Assembly (NCBI GenBank): GCA_030668825.1
Contig: DAOVET010000002.1
Coordinates: 15,666 to 79,665 of the forward strand
From: Candidatus Heimdallarchaeota archaeon
GTDB taxonomy: Archaea; Asgardarchaeota; Heimdallarchaeia; Heimdallarchaeales; Heimdallarchaeaceae
DNA: 64,000 nucleotides
Direction of reading: 5' to 3'
Shown here piece after piece: positions 50,118 through 59,670 of the stretch (position 1 is the first letter of the stretch; every line of letters starts with the position of its first letter). Position numbers and translations under genes: made by a program. Under the pieces are notes generated by a model. That model had not been told where the DNA came from. It saw only the letters and a program-made list of their open reading frames with translations, and did no database searches.

Positions 50118-51293
50118 ATGACAACAGGTAGTTGGAAGAAAGTCAAAGAAGGAAATACAGAATTAGAAATAATTAAAGACGCTGAAAGAATATATGATGC
50201 TTCAGTATTCTATAATCCTAAAATGACAGTAAATAGAGATTTTACCCTTCTTATGCTAGAAACAATTTCCAGAAAACAAGGAAAGCCACTAACTTTTGTA
50301 GATGCTTTAGCTGGAACTGGGATTCGTAGTTTCAGGATATTAAAGGAATTAAGCTCTTCAACAATCAATCAAGTGATTATTAACGATAAAAATCCTAAAG
50401 CTATTGAGATAATTTCTAAAAATGCATTATTACTTGAAAACAAAGAGAAATTTGAGATAATTCACTCAGATGCTTCAGATTTACTTTATAAAATTATACA
50501 ACAGAAGCGATCAATAGATGTAATAGATATAGATCCATTTGGTTCTCCAATAAAATTCTTTGAAACATCGTTATATGCTCTCAAAAGAAATTCCGGGTAT
50601 CTATTTGCAACAGCGACAGATCTACAAGTTCTATGTGGAAAGTATTCAGAAGCATGTTTAAGAATCTACAATTCTTATCCAACACGCCACTATTTATGTC
50701 ATGAAGTTGCGTTAAGAATTCTACTATACAATGTAATCATTAGTGCTGGAAGACTTGGTCTTGAAATGAAGCCAATATTAAGTTTCCATCATGAGCATTT
50801 CTTGAGAATTAAAGTAAAAGTAGAGAAAAGCAAAGAAGCTGCTAATAGTCAGCATCAGCAAATCGGTTTACTATCTTTTTGTTCTCAATGTTCTTACTAT
50901 AGAACCTTTACATTACAAGAAACCTTTTCTTTATCACATTGTCCAATCTGCGACAACCCTTTGGAGAGAGCTGGGCCACTATGGTTGGGCGAGTTGAATG
51001 ATAAGCAATATCTTCTCTTAATGAACGACATAAACAAGGGAATGGAATTACCAAGTGAAAAGAGGATATCAAGATTACTAAAACTAGCTTTGGAAGAAAT
51101 AGATGAAATTCCATTTTTCTATAACTTTCCTCTAGTTACACGACATTCTGTGAATAGAGGAATAAAAATACAAGATATTATTGATGCTCTTACTGAAGCT
51201 GGATTTAAAGCATCTCGAACACCATTTGACCCAGAGGGATTGAAAACTGATGCAAAATATGGAGAGTTGGTACAGATAATAAACGATTTCTAA
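50118..51293 (+). CDS. trm1: tRNA (guanine26-N2)-dimethyltransferase
   Basis: VFYNP.M..NRD, AGTGIRS, DIDPFGSP, TATD, GPLWLG, zinc finger. Confidence 0.95.
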   Translation: MTTGSWKKVKEGNTELEIIKDAERIYDASVFYNPKMTVNRDFTLLMLETISRKQGKPLTFVDALAGTGIRSFRILKELSSSTINQVIINDKNPKAIEIISKNALLLENKEKFEIIHSDASDLLYKIIQQKRSIDVIDIDPFGSPIKFFETSLYALKRNSGYLFATATDLQVLCGKYSEACLRIYNSYPTRHYLCHEVALRILLYNVIISAGRLGLEMKPILSFHHEHFLRIKVKVEKSKEAANSQHQQIGLLSFCSQCSYYRTFTLQETFSLSHCPICDNPLERAGPLWLGELNDKQYLLLMNDINKGMELPSEKRISRLLKLALEEIDEIPFFYNFPLVTRHSVNRGIKIQDIIDALTEAGFKASRTPFDPEGLKTDAKYGELVQIINDF

Positions 51294-51298
51294 AGTAG

Positions 51299-51985
51299 GT
51301 GAAGAATATTACAAATCATGAGGAAATTATTGTAGGAATTGATGAAGCTGGAAGAGGTCCAGTTATAGGACCATTAGTAATATGTGCGTATGCTATATCA
51401 CGGAAAGATATAGACAAATTGACTAAACTCAAAGTTAAAGATTCAAAGCTACTTTCAAAGAAAAGAAGAGATGAATTATATTCTCAATTGATTCCTATTG
51501 CTGCAGATTACAAAGTCAAACATCTTTCTGCAGCTGAAATTGACGAATTAAGAAAGAACTATACTCTGAATATTATTGAACAGAGGATGATGCTGAAGTT
51601 AGCAAAGGATCTTAAAATAACCCCTTCAGAAATATATATTGATGCAGCTGATGTAAATGAGAAGAGATTTGGGGGAGTATTTGAAATTGAATTTTCTAAT
51701 GCAAAGATAATATCAAAACACAAAGCAGATATGCTTTTTCCTGTTGTCTCTGCTGCCTCGATAATTGCAAAAAAGGAAAGAGATGATGAAATAGAAAAGA
51801 TCTCCAATAGAATAGGCGAGGAAATTGGTTCTGGATATCCAGCTGATCCTATTACAAGAGAATTTTTGAAAAGATATTATGCAAAAAATAAGAAATTCCC
51901 TGCATATGTGAGAGAATCATGGGATACAGTTAACAAAATAAAAAAAGAACTTAGCGAGAAAAAAAAGCTTTCTGAATATTTCTAA
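51299..51985 (+). CDS. rnhB: ribonuclease HII
   Basis: GIDEAGRGPVIGPL, KDSK, HKAD…VSAASIIAK, GSGYP.D, R.SW.T. Confidence 0.97.
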   Translation: MKNITNHEEIIVGIDEAGRGPVIGPLVICAYAISRKDIDKLTKLKVKDSKLLSKKRRDELYSQLIPIAADYKVKHLSAAEIDELRKNYTLNIIEQRMMLKLAKDLKITPSEIYIDAADVNEKRFGGVFEIEFSNAKIISKHKADMLFPVVSAASIIAKKERDDEIEKISNRIGEEIGSGYPADPITREFLKRYYAKNKKFPAYVRESWDTVNKIKKELSEKKKLSEYF

Positions 51986-51991
51986 CTAAGA

Positions 51992-52633
51992 CTAAGTTAC
52001 AATAACTGTTTGTCTTCTTTTTTTAAGGATAAATGGAATTATTGCACCAGTTACTAATCCTATTGCATGTGCAAAAAAATTGACATTTGGACTACCAAAG
52101 GACATTATTAAGAAGAAAATTCCTCCTGATGCCAAATATCCCCAAAATGATTTTGTTTTTTCATGTTGATACATAAGAGCAAGAGCTGCCCCCAGTAATC
52201 CGAAAACACCTCCGCTGGCCCCCGCTGAGATAGAATAAGGTCCATATACAAAAGAGAGCAAACCACCCATTATTCCTGAAATAATGAATACGAAATAATA
52301 CTGCCAGGCTAATAATCGTTCTTCTACCTTAAAGCCAAAAACAAGTAAAAATAAACAGTTAGAGAGCAAGTGAAGAAGATCTACATGGACAAAAATCGAA
52401 GTAACTAATTGATAGATATGCCCTTGAAAAACCAAGTAATTATATTGACCAACTACAACTAATATCTCATCAGCTATAGATATAGCATCTCTGAAGGTAA
52501 CAATGTTACCCATAGACAATGTAATTATCCATAGAACAATATGAACAATGAGGATTGTCACTAAAATGTTCCTTGTAGGTAAATTTGTTTTCCAGAAAGA
52601 ACTCATGGAAAAACTTTCTTTATCTTCACTCAC
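51992..52633 (-). CDS. rhomboid family intramembrane serine protease
   Basis: H…HLLSN, GASGG, AHAIG. Confidence 0.92.
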   Translation of the reverse strand: MSEDKESFSMSSFWKTNLPTRNILVTILIVHIVLWIITLSMGNIVTFRDAISIADEILVVVGQYNYLVFQGHIYQLVTSIFVHVDLLHLLSNCLFLLVFGFKVEERLLAWQYYFVFIISGIMGGLLSFVYGPYSISAGASGGVFGLLGAALALMYQHEKTKSFWGYLASGGIFFLIMSFGSPNVNFFAHAIGLVTGAIIPFILKKRRQTVIVT

Positions 52634-52750
52634 AATTTATGAGAGAAAAAAAGTATTAAAACTGTTGCTGTTATAAAGTAAATTTTGAACTTTGAGATAT
52701 GAATAGACAAGTTTTTTATATGCAGATATTTGGTCAATTCGGGAATAAAA

Positions 52751-53257
52751 ATGGATATTAGTGGAACTATAATTGCTACTGTGAATGAACACGGTGAAAT
52801 TGACGTAGTTAGACATATCTATTTTGAATGCACAAACTGTACTGAATGTTGTAAGTTGAATAATATTCCTGTAACTGAACCAGATATTAGACTCATTCAA
52901 GATCATGGTTTTGAAATTGATCAGATGTTAGAAGAATTGAGTCCTGTTCTTATCGCAAACGAAAACCTTGAAAAAAATGGTTTAATCAAAGCCTATATTT
53001 TAAGAAAAAAACCATTTGTGAATGAGTGTGTTTTTCTTGATGAGAAAGGTTTGTGCAAAGTACATAAATTCAAACCACTGACATGTCAGCTTTATCCTTT
53101 TTCAGTCAAGAAAAATGAAAACAAGCTTTATGTCATAGTTCATCCTAAAAGTATCTGTGAATTCATTGAACTGGATGTTGAAGAATTAAGATCAAATACC
53201 ATTAAGATAACAGAGGATCTATTAGCAGCTCTCTTCGGTGAGAAACAAACAGAGTAA
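52751..53257 (+). CDS. YkgJ/CxxCxxCC family Fe-S/Zn cluster protein
   Basis: FECTNCTECC…CVFL…C.VH..KP..CQLYPF. Confidence 0.9.
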   Translation: MDISGTIIATVNEHGEIDVVRHIYFECTNCTECCKLNNIPVTEPDIRLIQDHGFEIDQMLEELSPVLIANENLEKNGLIKAYILRKKPFVNECVFLDEKGLCKVHKFKPLTCQLYPFSVKKNENKLYVIVHPKSICEFIELDVEELRSNTIKITEDLLAALFGEKQTE

Positions 53258-54666
53258 TGATAAACTTTATCTGTAACAATTACAGATATACCTCCATGAG
53301 CTTATTTAAAACAAATTTTATGAAGCTCGTTGAAGCATATCTTCAAAACAAAGGCTTTACCGTTGAGATGTGCAATATTTACACAAGAAACGTTGATTTC
53401 TATGAAAGCTACAAGAGAGTAATCATGTGTGCGTACAAAGATGATTTGCTCCTAACTATTCGCGCTAGAAGTGGAGAAGCATCTGATCCGTTTAGAGGAA
53501 CAGATGAACAAATTGAAGCTAAGCTTCAAGAACCAGCTCTAAAGCTATTAAGCTGTGTTTTATCTTTAAATTCAGGAATGGATCCAATTTATTGTGACAA
53601 ATTCAAAGGAATGAAAGCTGTTCCTGTTATTATAATGGAAAAATCTTCTAGAAATCATCCGCTTTACTATTATTTTGATGGGGATGCAAGAGAATCTAAG
53701 ACATGGTATAGGAAGAAGAACGTAGTTTATCTTCCTTGGGAGTGGCTAAAGGAATTCTGGAACGAGGATTTTAAACTATCATTAATGGATCAAGGATATG
53801 AAGTTTCAGAACCAATCGAACATGAACCAGAGATCCATATCAAGCAAGCAATAACTGAAATAGAAGAAGTATTAGCATCTAGAAGAATTGGAATAATGAA
53901 ATCTGTCCATTTAGATAAACCTACTCTTCCACCGTTAGCTCTCACTCTTACTCAAAATGATCAAATGATGATTTTTGTTGTGGATGAACCAGATGACAGT
54001 GTTCATCCCAAGCTTATGGACTTTGCAGTTTATCATTTTGGGACAAAAATAGATAAGTTCCCAACTACAGTTAAAGCTATATTCTTCAATATTTCAATAA
54101 TTGATAAGGATAAAAGTTACATGAATCCTTATGTTCCTAAAGATAACAAATTTGTAGAGGATCATTTTGAACATCCAATAGTCATAAAGACAACAACCAA
54201 GGGTTTTAAGTTGCTTCTAGAAGCTGCCACAATTGAAGAATTATCTGCGCTTCCACAATTAAGTCCTATTTCAAATCTTGAAATGAACAGTTTATTGAAG
54301 ACATCCTCTGGATACTGGTTTACTAAAGTTTTCAATGAAGCCAAGAAAAGGCTAAAAAATTTCTATTCATCAAAATGCCCCTATTGTTCTAATACCAGTA
54401 TTGTACATCAAGTCCCAAATTACGCTGTATCACATCTTAATCTTGATCTCAAACTAACAAAAGAAAATTCATATGTAGTTTATTGTGACGATAAGAGAAA
54501 TGGGTGTGGCTTAGGATTCATTATAGTAAAGGATAAGTTTCAAGGTGGTGTTCATGGGTTTTTTGTTGGAGGAGACCAACAATATGCACATGAAGTTGAT
54601 AATGCTAGGAGGCAAATTCAGTCAATAGGATTGAAGGCACAATCTTTTGTACATATTAAGCAATGA
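53257..54666 (+). CDS. hypothetical protein with degenerate restriction-endonuclease-like N-domain and C-terminal Zn ribbon
   Basis: LVEAYLQNKGFTVE…; CPYC…C…GCG near the C-terminus. Confidence 0.55.
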   Translation: MINFICNNYRYTSMSLFKTNFMKLVEAYLQNKGFTVEMCNIYTRNVDFYESYKRVIMCAYKDDLLLTIRARSGEASDPFRGTDEQIEAKLQEPALKLLSCVLSLNSGMDPIYCDKFKGMKAVPVIIMEKSSRNHPLYYYFDGDARESKTWYRKKNVVYLPWEWLKEFWNEDFKLSLMDQGYEVSEPIEHEPEIHIKQAITEIEEVLASRRIGIMKSVHLDKPTLPPLALTLTQNDQMMIFVVDEPDDSVHPKLMDFAVYHFGTKIDKFPTTVKAIFFNISIIDKDKSYMNPYVPKDNKFVEDHFEHPIVIKTTTKGFKLLLEAATIEELSALPQLSPISNLEMNSLLKTSSGYWFTKVFNEAKKRLKNFYSSKCPYCSNTSIVHQVPNYAVSHLNLDLKLTKENSYVVYCDDKRNGCGLGFIIVKDKFQGGVHGFFVGGDQQYAHEVDNARRQIQSIGLKAQSFVHIKQ

Positions 54667-55056
54667 TCAGATATGTACGAACTTAAATCCGTACCCGATT
54701 AATCCTTCTTCTCCATTTTTTGATAAAGTTCTGAAAACCATTCGAACTTTCATTCCTTCTGTAAGATCCTCAAATTTTGTATCTGTAATTTGTCCAGTTA
54801 CTCTAATTCTATCATCCAATTCGATGAGAGCAACTATGTACGGAGCGTAAAACATCATTTCTTTTGCAGTTTGCGATACTCTAGTAAAGTACAAAATTTT
54901 TCCAGTTTGAGCAAGTTTTACCTCTTCAATATTTCCACTAGTACAATCTGGACAACGTTGAGTGATTGGAAAGTTCTTCTTTTTGCAGTCATGACATAAG
55001 ACTCCTAGTGCTAGATATTTCTCCCTTCTTTCTCTCCATATTTTTGGTGGCTCCAT
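54667..55056 (-). CDS. DUF35 Zn-ribbon/OB-fold scaffold protein
   Basis: C..C….FP…CP.C; PY.VALIEL; YGFKF; in operon with thiolase and HMG-CoA synthase. Confidence 0.93.
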   Translation of the reverse strand: MEPPKIWRERREKYLALGVLCHDCKKKNFPITQRCPDCTSGNIEEVKLAQTGKILYFTRVSQTAKEMMFYAPYIVALIELDDRIRVTGQITDTKFEDLTEGMKVRMVFRTLSKNGEEGLIGYGFKFVHI

Positions 55057-56237
55057 TATTTATCCTCCTCCAAATTTGAAAAAATATTCACTAAAACACT
55101 TGCTCCTGTTCCCATAACATTCTGTGTTAGTCCATACTTAATGTCATCAACCTGTCTCTGGTCAGCTTCTCTTCTCATTTGTTGGACAATTTCGATAATT
55201 TGAGCAATTCCTGTTGCACCGAAAGGATCCCCTCTAGCTTTGAGACCTCCACTAGTATTTACACTAATATCTGAATTAATCTGAGTTTTTCCTTCAATCG
55301 TAGCACTGCCCCCATCTCCTTTTTGGAAGAAACCAAGATCTTCTATTGCTAGAATCTCTCCTATAGGATATGAATCATGTACTTCTGCAATACTGATATC
55401 CTTCGACGAAATTTGAGCCATTTCATAAGCCTTCTTTGAGGTAACTTGAGTTGCTAGAAGTGATGATAAGGTTTCCCTATGGTGTAGTGCAATTTTATCT
55501 GAACTTTGAGCTGAACCTACAACTTTAACCTTCCTTTCAATTTCTGTGTGGCTTTCCACAAATTCCTTGGAAGCTATTACTACAGCTGCGCTTCCATCAC
55601 AATGGGTTGCTGGATCAAATCTTCCTATAGGGTCTGAGATTCTCTTTGCATCCAGAAATCGTTTCAATGAGATTTCACGTCTGAATTGAGCGATCGGATT
55701 ATTCACTCCATTTTTGTGGTTTTTGACTGGAACTGACGCTAATTGTTCCATGGTTGTATTGAACTCCTTCATATGAGCTTGAGTCATCCAGGCATACAGA
55801 CTTGTTAACGTGGCCCCTTGCTCAAATTCCCATTGATAATCTATTGTGCCCCCAAGAATTTTCTCCAGTGTACTACTATTGACAAAATCACTTAATTTCT
55901 CTGTACCTAGAATTGCAATACAGTCTAGAAGACCACTTTTTATAGCAATGAAAGCTTGATGAAATGCTCCCGCTCCACTTGCATTTCCTACATCAATTTT
56001 TGTAATCGGTATGTTCAAATTACACTCTCTACTAACTTCTGCTCCTATGTAAGACTGACCGTTCCTATTTGAAACCAATGACCCAAAATATAGACTCTGA
56101 ATCAGATCCTTGCTAATCTTTGCATCTTGAATAGCTTTAGATAGAGCTTGCGATGCACTGGAACTAGGATTCAGTTCATAGTGCTCTCCAAATTTAGTCA
56201 TACCATATCCTATAACATAGACTTTTCTTTTACTCAT
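55056..56237 (-). CDS. archaeal thiolase-family protein with substituted catalytic residues
   Basis: G.GMTKFG, KNH.NG..NP.AQF, DGSAA, EVHD, N.SGGLKARG(D)P.GATG; the expected CASG reads NASG. Confidence 0.9.
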   Translation of the reverse strand: MSKRKVYVIGYGMTKFGEHYELNPSSSASQALSKAIQDAKISKDLIQSLYFGSLVSNRNGQSYIGAEVSRECNLNIPITKIDVGNASGAGAFHQAFIAIKSGLLDCIAILGTEKLSDFVNSSTLEKILGGTIDYQWEFEQGATLTSLYAWMTQAHMKEFNTTMEQLASVPVKNHKNGVNNPIAQFRREISLKRFLDAKRISDPIGRFDPATHCDGSAAVVIASKEFVESHTEIERKVKVVGSAQSSDKIALHHRETLSSLLATQVTSKKAYEMAQISSKDISIAEVHDSYPIGEILAIEDLGFFQKGDGGSATIEGKTQINSDISVNTSGGLKARGDPFGATGIAQIIEIVQQMRREADQRQVDDIKYGLTQNVMGTGASVLVNIFSNLEEDK

Positions 56238-56238
56238 A

Positions 56239-57282
56239 TTAACACCTCAATATCCCCTTGTATCTAGAATACTTACCATAGTTAATTTCTTCCTTGTTGT
56301 TCACATAATATTCAACTGTTAGTGGATATGATTTGAGTTCTTCAATCTCATCAGTAATTGAAAATGAAAATGCATCACTTCCAGCGCCACTGCCATATGA
56401 AGTCATAAATACTCTATCTCCTGGGTTGGAATTATTAAGAATATGTGCTAATCCTAGCATTGATGAAGCGGAATATGCATTTCCAATGTTCTTGCATATT
56501 AAACTGATATCGATTTGGTCAGTTGTAAAACCAAGCATTTTTGCAACTGTATGTGGAAACTTAGTATTAGGTTGATGAAATGTAACATGGTTATAATCTG
56601 AAGGTTTTGTTCCAAGTTCTTCCATTAATCCTTTGGAAGCATCAACAATATGTTGAAAGTATGCTGGTTGTCCTGTAAATCTATTCCCATGAGAAGGAAA
56701 TACTGCACCTTCTCTTCTCCAAAAGTCTGGTGTATCTGTAGTGATTGAATACGTCCCCTCTAGCTCTGCTACAACTCTCTCCTTACCAATTAGAAAAGCT
56801 GCACTTCCAGCTCCAGCTGTATATTCTAGAGGATCTCTTGGTTTAGCTTGGCTGTCATCTGAACCTATAGCTAATCCAAATTTTATCATTTCAGATTTAA
56901 CTAATCCAAAACACATTTGCATCCCAGCAGTTCCAGCTTTACATGCAAATTCCAAATCTGCAGCAGTTAATTCCTTTTCAGCATCAATAGCTGCTGCGAC
57001 AATTGTAGCTGTAGGTTTAACTGCATAAGGGTGAGATTCGCTCCCAACATAGATTGCACCTATGTCTTTAGGATTCCCTTTCCATCGGCTTATTGTATTT
57101 CTTGCTGCTTCAACAGACATCGTAGCTACATCTTCATCCGGTCCAAGAACTGATTTACTAAAAACCTGTAATTGTGAGATAATTTCACTTGGATCATCAT
57201 CCCAAACCTTAGCTATCTCCTCAATAGATATACGATATCTAGGGATATACGAACCATAGGATACTATACCTAATTTACTCAT
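56239..57282 (-). CDS. hydroxymethylglutaryl-CoA synthase (archaeal type)
   Basis: GSESHPYAVKP, EFACKAGT, TTDTPDFWRR, FHQPN, GNAYS, SYGSGAGSD. Confidence 0.96.
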   Translation of the reverse strand: MSKLGIVSYGSYIPRYRISIEEIAKVWDDDPSEIISQLQVFSKSVLGPDEDVATMSVEAARNTISRWKGNPKDIGAIYVGSESHPYAVKPTATIVAAAIDAEKELTAADLEFACKAGTAGMQMCFGLVKSEMIKFGLAIGSDDSQAKPRDPLEYTAGAGSAAFLIGKERVVAELEGTYSITTDTPDFWRREGAVFPSHGNRFTGQPAYFQHIVDASKGLMEELGTKPSDYNHVTFHQPNTKFPHTVAKMLGFTTDQIDISLICKNIGNAYSASSMLGLAHILNNSNPGDRVFMTSYGSGAGSDAFSFSITDEIEELKSYPLTVEYYVNNKEEINYGKYSRYKGILRC

Positions 57283-57408
57283 GATAATACCTTGAAAGAG
57301 TTTATTCATTATAGCTGTAATAGAAACTATAAGTTAATTCTAATCTTTACTATCATATTGATAATCAAACCATTAATTAAAATTTCCTACAAAGATATGA
57401 AATAAAAC

Positions 57409-58143
57409 TTAACTGCTATCCTCTTCCTCTTTCTTCTTTTGAGGAGGTTTAGCAATAACAACTCTTGCAGGTTTTAGTAAAATCCCTTCTAACATAAATC
57501 CCTTTGACACAACTTCTATTATTTGGTTATTAGCTTTTTTAGCATCTTCAACTGTGTATAGAGCTTCATGATATTTTGGATCAAATATATCATCAATTGG
57601 ATTTATAGCTTTAATTCCTAAAGTTTCGAAAGTGGATTTTGTATTGTTAAAAATAATCTTAATTGCTTCTTTAGAAGATTTCAAATCATTATTCTCATTC
57701 AAAACTGTAAGAGTTCTCTCTAAATCCTCATATAGGGTTGTCAGTTTTAGCAAAATGCTGCTTTTAGTGCGGGAATTGGAGAATTCTAGATCTTTTTGCA
57801 TTCTCTTTTTGAAATTTTCAAAATCTGCTTGAACCCTTTGAGCTGTATAAAGAAATTCGTCTTGCTTGATTTTCGCTTCCCTTAATTCTTGGTTTAATGT
57901 CCAGATTATTTCAGTTAATTCATCAACTTGATTATTATTTACCAGATTTAGTATTTCAACAGATAAATGATTTTTTTCAACTTCTTCTGGAATGAGCTTT
58001 ATTTCCTCTTGGGAAACTTGTTCCTCAGGCTCACTATCTACATCTACTTCAATGAATTCTTCTTCTTTATCAGGGTTGTCAGCTTTTTCAAACATAGGAA
58101 AAACCCACCTTTGAATCTCGTTTTTCAGCCCAATTACTGACAT
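57409..58143 (-). CDS. grpE: nucleotide exchange factor GrpE
   Basis: RVQADFENFKKR, FDPKYHEA, KGF…LLKPARVVI. Confidence 0.93.
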   Translation of the reverse strand: MSVIGLKNEIQRWVFPMFEKADNPDKEEEFIEVDVDSEPEEQVSQEEIKLIPEEVEKNHLSVEILNLVNNNQVDELTEIIWTLNQELREAKIKQDEFLYTAQRVQADFENFKKRMQKDLEFSNSRTKSSILLKLTTLYEDLERTLTVLNENNDLKSSKEAIKIIFNNTKSTFETLGIKAINPIDDIFDPKYHEALYTVEDAKKANNQIIEVVSKGFMLEGILLKPARVVIAKPPQKKKEEEDSS

Positions 58144-58304
58144 TTAAAATCTTCTATTCAACCAATAAAAAATCTCTTTTTGTTTGATTTCGAAAATATA
58201 AGTTTGGGTCCAACTAAGTATTTATTTAGAGTTTGTTAAAGAAAGCTCGTATAGGGGAGCTATAAGGCTCTCTCGAACTGCTAAAAACATTGAGTTGACA
58301 AGAA

Positions 58305-59525
58305 ATGCACGAGAAAGTAAGTGAAAAATCTATAAGGAATAAAGAAGCTATTAAGAAACTCATCAAGAAATTGCATGATGGGGAAGATCCTCAAAAGGTA
58401 AAAGAAGAGTTTAAAGAAGTCATTAAAAATCTCTCTTCTTTGGAAATTGCTCAAGCTGAGGAACAGCTTATAAAGGAAGGTATGCCTGCTGAACAAATTC
58501 ATCATATGTGTGATGTTCATTTAGCAGTTCTACAAGAGACCCTCGAAGAAGAGCGGGATTTAGCCCCTGAAGGTCATCCGATTCATATACTTATGCAAGA
58601 ACATGTAATACTGTTGGAGAATGTCAACAGATTGAGAGACATTCATAAAGAAATCAGCAAAAAAGATAAGTTTCCTGCAATTATCAATGAATTAACAGAG
58701 ATTGAGAAAATAGTTGATATAATACAAAAATCAGAAAATCATTATCTAAGAGAAGAAAATGTTCTATTCGCGTACTTAGAAAAATATGGTGTGACTCAAC
58801 CCCCCCAAATAATGTGGATAGAACATGATCGGATTCGTGATTTGAAGAAAAATCTGTTTAGTCTGATTAAAAACAAAGGCGACCATGATTTCCCAACTTT
58901 TCTAGAGAAATTCCACCTATATGCTCATGGTTTAGCAGAGATGTTAGCAAGTCATTTTCCAAAAGAAAACAAAATCTTATTTCCAACAGCTATGAAACTT
59001 TTAAAAGACTCAGATTGGGTTGAAGTTAGAAAGCAATTTGATGATATTGGATATTTCTCCTTATCTCCTGATGTTATTCCTGAAGACGCTAAAATAGACG
59101 AAACTAAATCTGTAATAGTTGATGAAAAACAGATTGATTTAGGTACAGGAGTCTTAGATTTGGAAATTCTTCAACAGATCTTCAAAACTCTGCCTGTAGA
59201 TACAACTTTTGTTGATAAAGATGATGTTGTGAAATTTTACAGTGAAGGTCCTGATAGAGTGTTTATACGAACTCCAAGTGTTATAGGTAGATTAGTTGAA
59301 AACTGTCATCCTTCTCAAAGTGTAGACAAAGTGATGAAAATCATTGAAAGCTTCAAAAATAAAACTCTTGACAAAGCTGAATTCTGGTTAGAGTTAGGGG
59401 ATAGATTAATTTTCATTCGATATTTTCCTGTTAGAAATAAGGCTGGAGAATACCTGGGCGTTCTAGAAGTTACACAAGATATAACTGATATAAGGAAAAT
59501 TGAAGGTGAAAAAAGACTCCTTTAA
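58305..59525 (+). CDS. DUF438 + hemerythrin + PAS domain protein
   Basis: EI…EEQLI.EG…CDVH; HP…EH; HYLREEN.LF; MW.EHD; KENKILFP; TFVD..D…CHP…G.LEVTQD. Confidence 0.9.
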   Translation: MHEKVSEKSIRNKEAIKKLIKKLHDGEDPQKVKEEFKEVIKNLSSLEIAQAEEQLIKEGMPAEQIHHMCDVHLAVLQETLEEERDLAPEGHPIHILMQEHVILLENVNRLRDIHKEISKKDKFPAIINELTEIEKIVDIIQKSENHYLREENVLFAYLEKYGVTQPPQIMWIEHDRIRDLKKNLFSLIKNKGDHDFPTFLEKFHLYAHGLAEMLASHFPKENKILFPTAMKLLKDSDWVEVRKQFDDIGYFSLSPDVIPEDAKIDETKSVIVDEKQIDLGTGVLDLEILQQIFKTLPVDTTFVDKDDVVKFYSEGPDRVFIRTPSVIGRLVENCHPSQSVDKVMKIIESFKNKTLDKAEFWLELGDRLIFIRYFPVRNKAGEYLGVLEVTQDITDIRKIEGEKRLL

Positions 59526-59586
59526 TCTCTTTTCCTCTTTTAACGTTCAACCACTGATTTTTTAAATATCCTTCTTTTAGTTTATA

Positions 59587-59658
59587 TGGCCAGAGCTTAT
59601 CATAGACCTCTCTGAGCAATGTTATGGCTAGCGGTGACGAGAGTGAGCTCTCTGGCCA
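59587..59658 (+). ncRNA. hairpin RNA with K-turn/K-loop motifs (H/ACA-like guide or structured leader)
   Basis: TGGCCAGAG/CTCTGGCCA 9-bp closing stem; internal CTC-T-CTGA … GTGACGA-GAG; TTTAAATA at 59561-59568. Confidence 0.55.
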
Positions 59659-59670
59659 AAATATCTGTAG

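Noticed and set aside
57409-58143. grpE without adjacent dnaK/dnaJ as a novel system
   Set aside because: Split chaperone loci are common; the partners probably lie elsewhere in the genome.
59587-59658. Hairpin as a SECIS element for the upstream gene
   Set aside because: No in-frame TGA in neighbouring genes and no well-formed upper stem with an apical AA.
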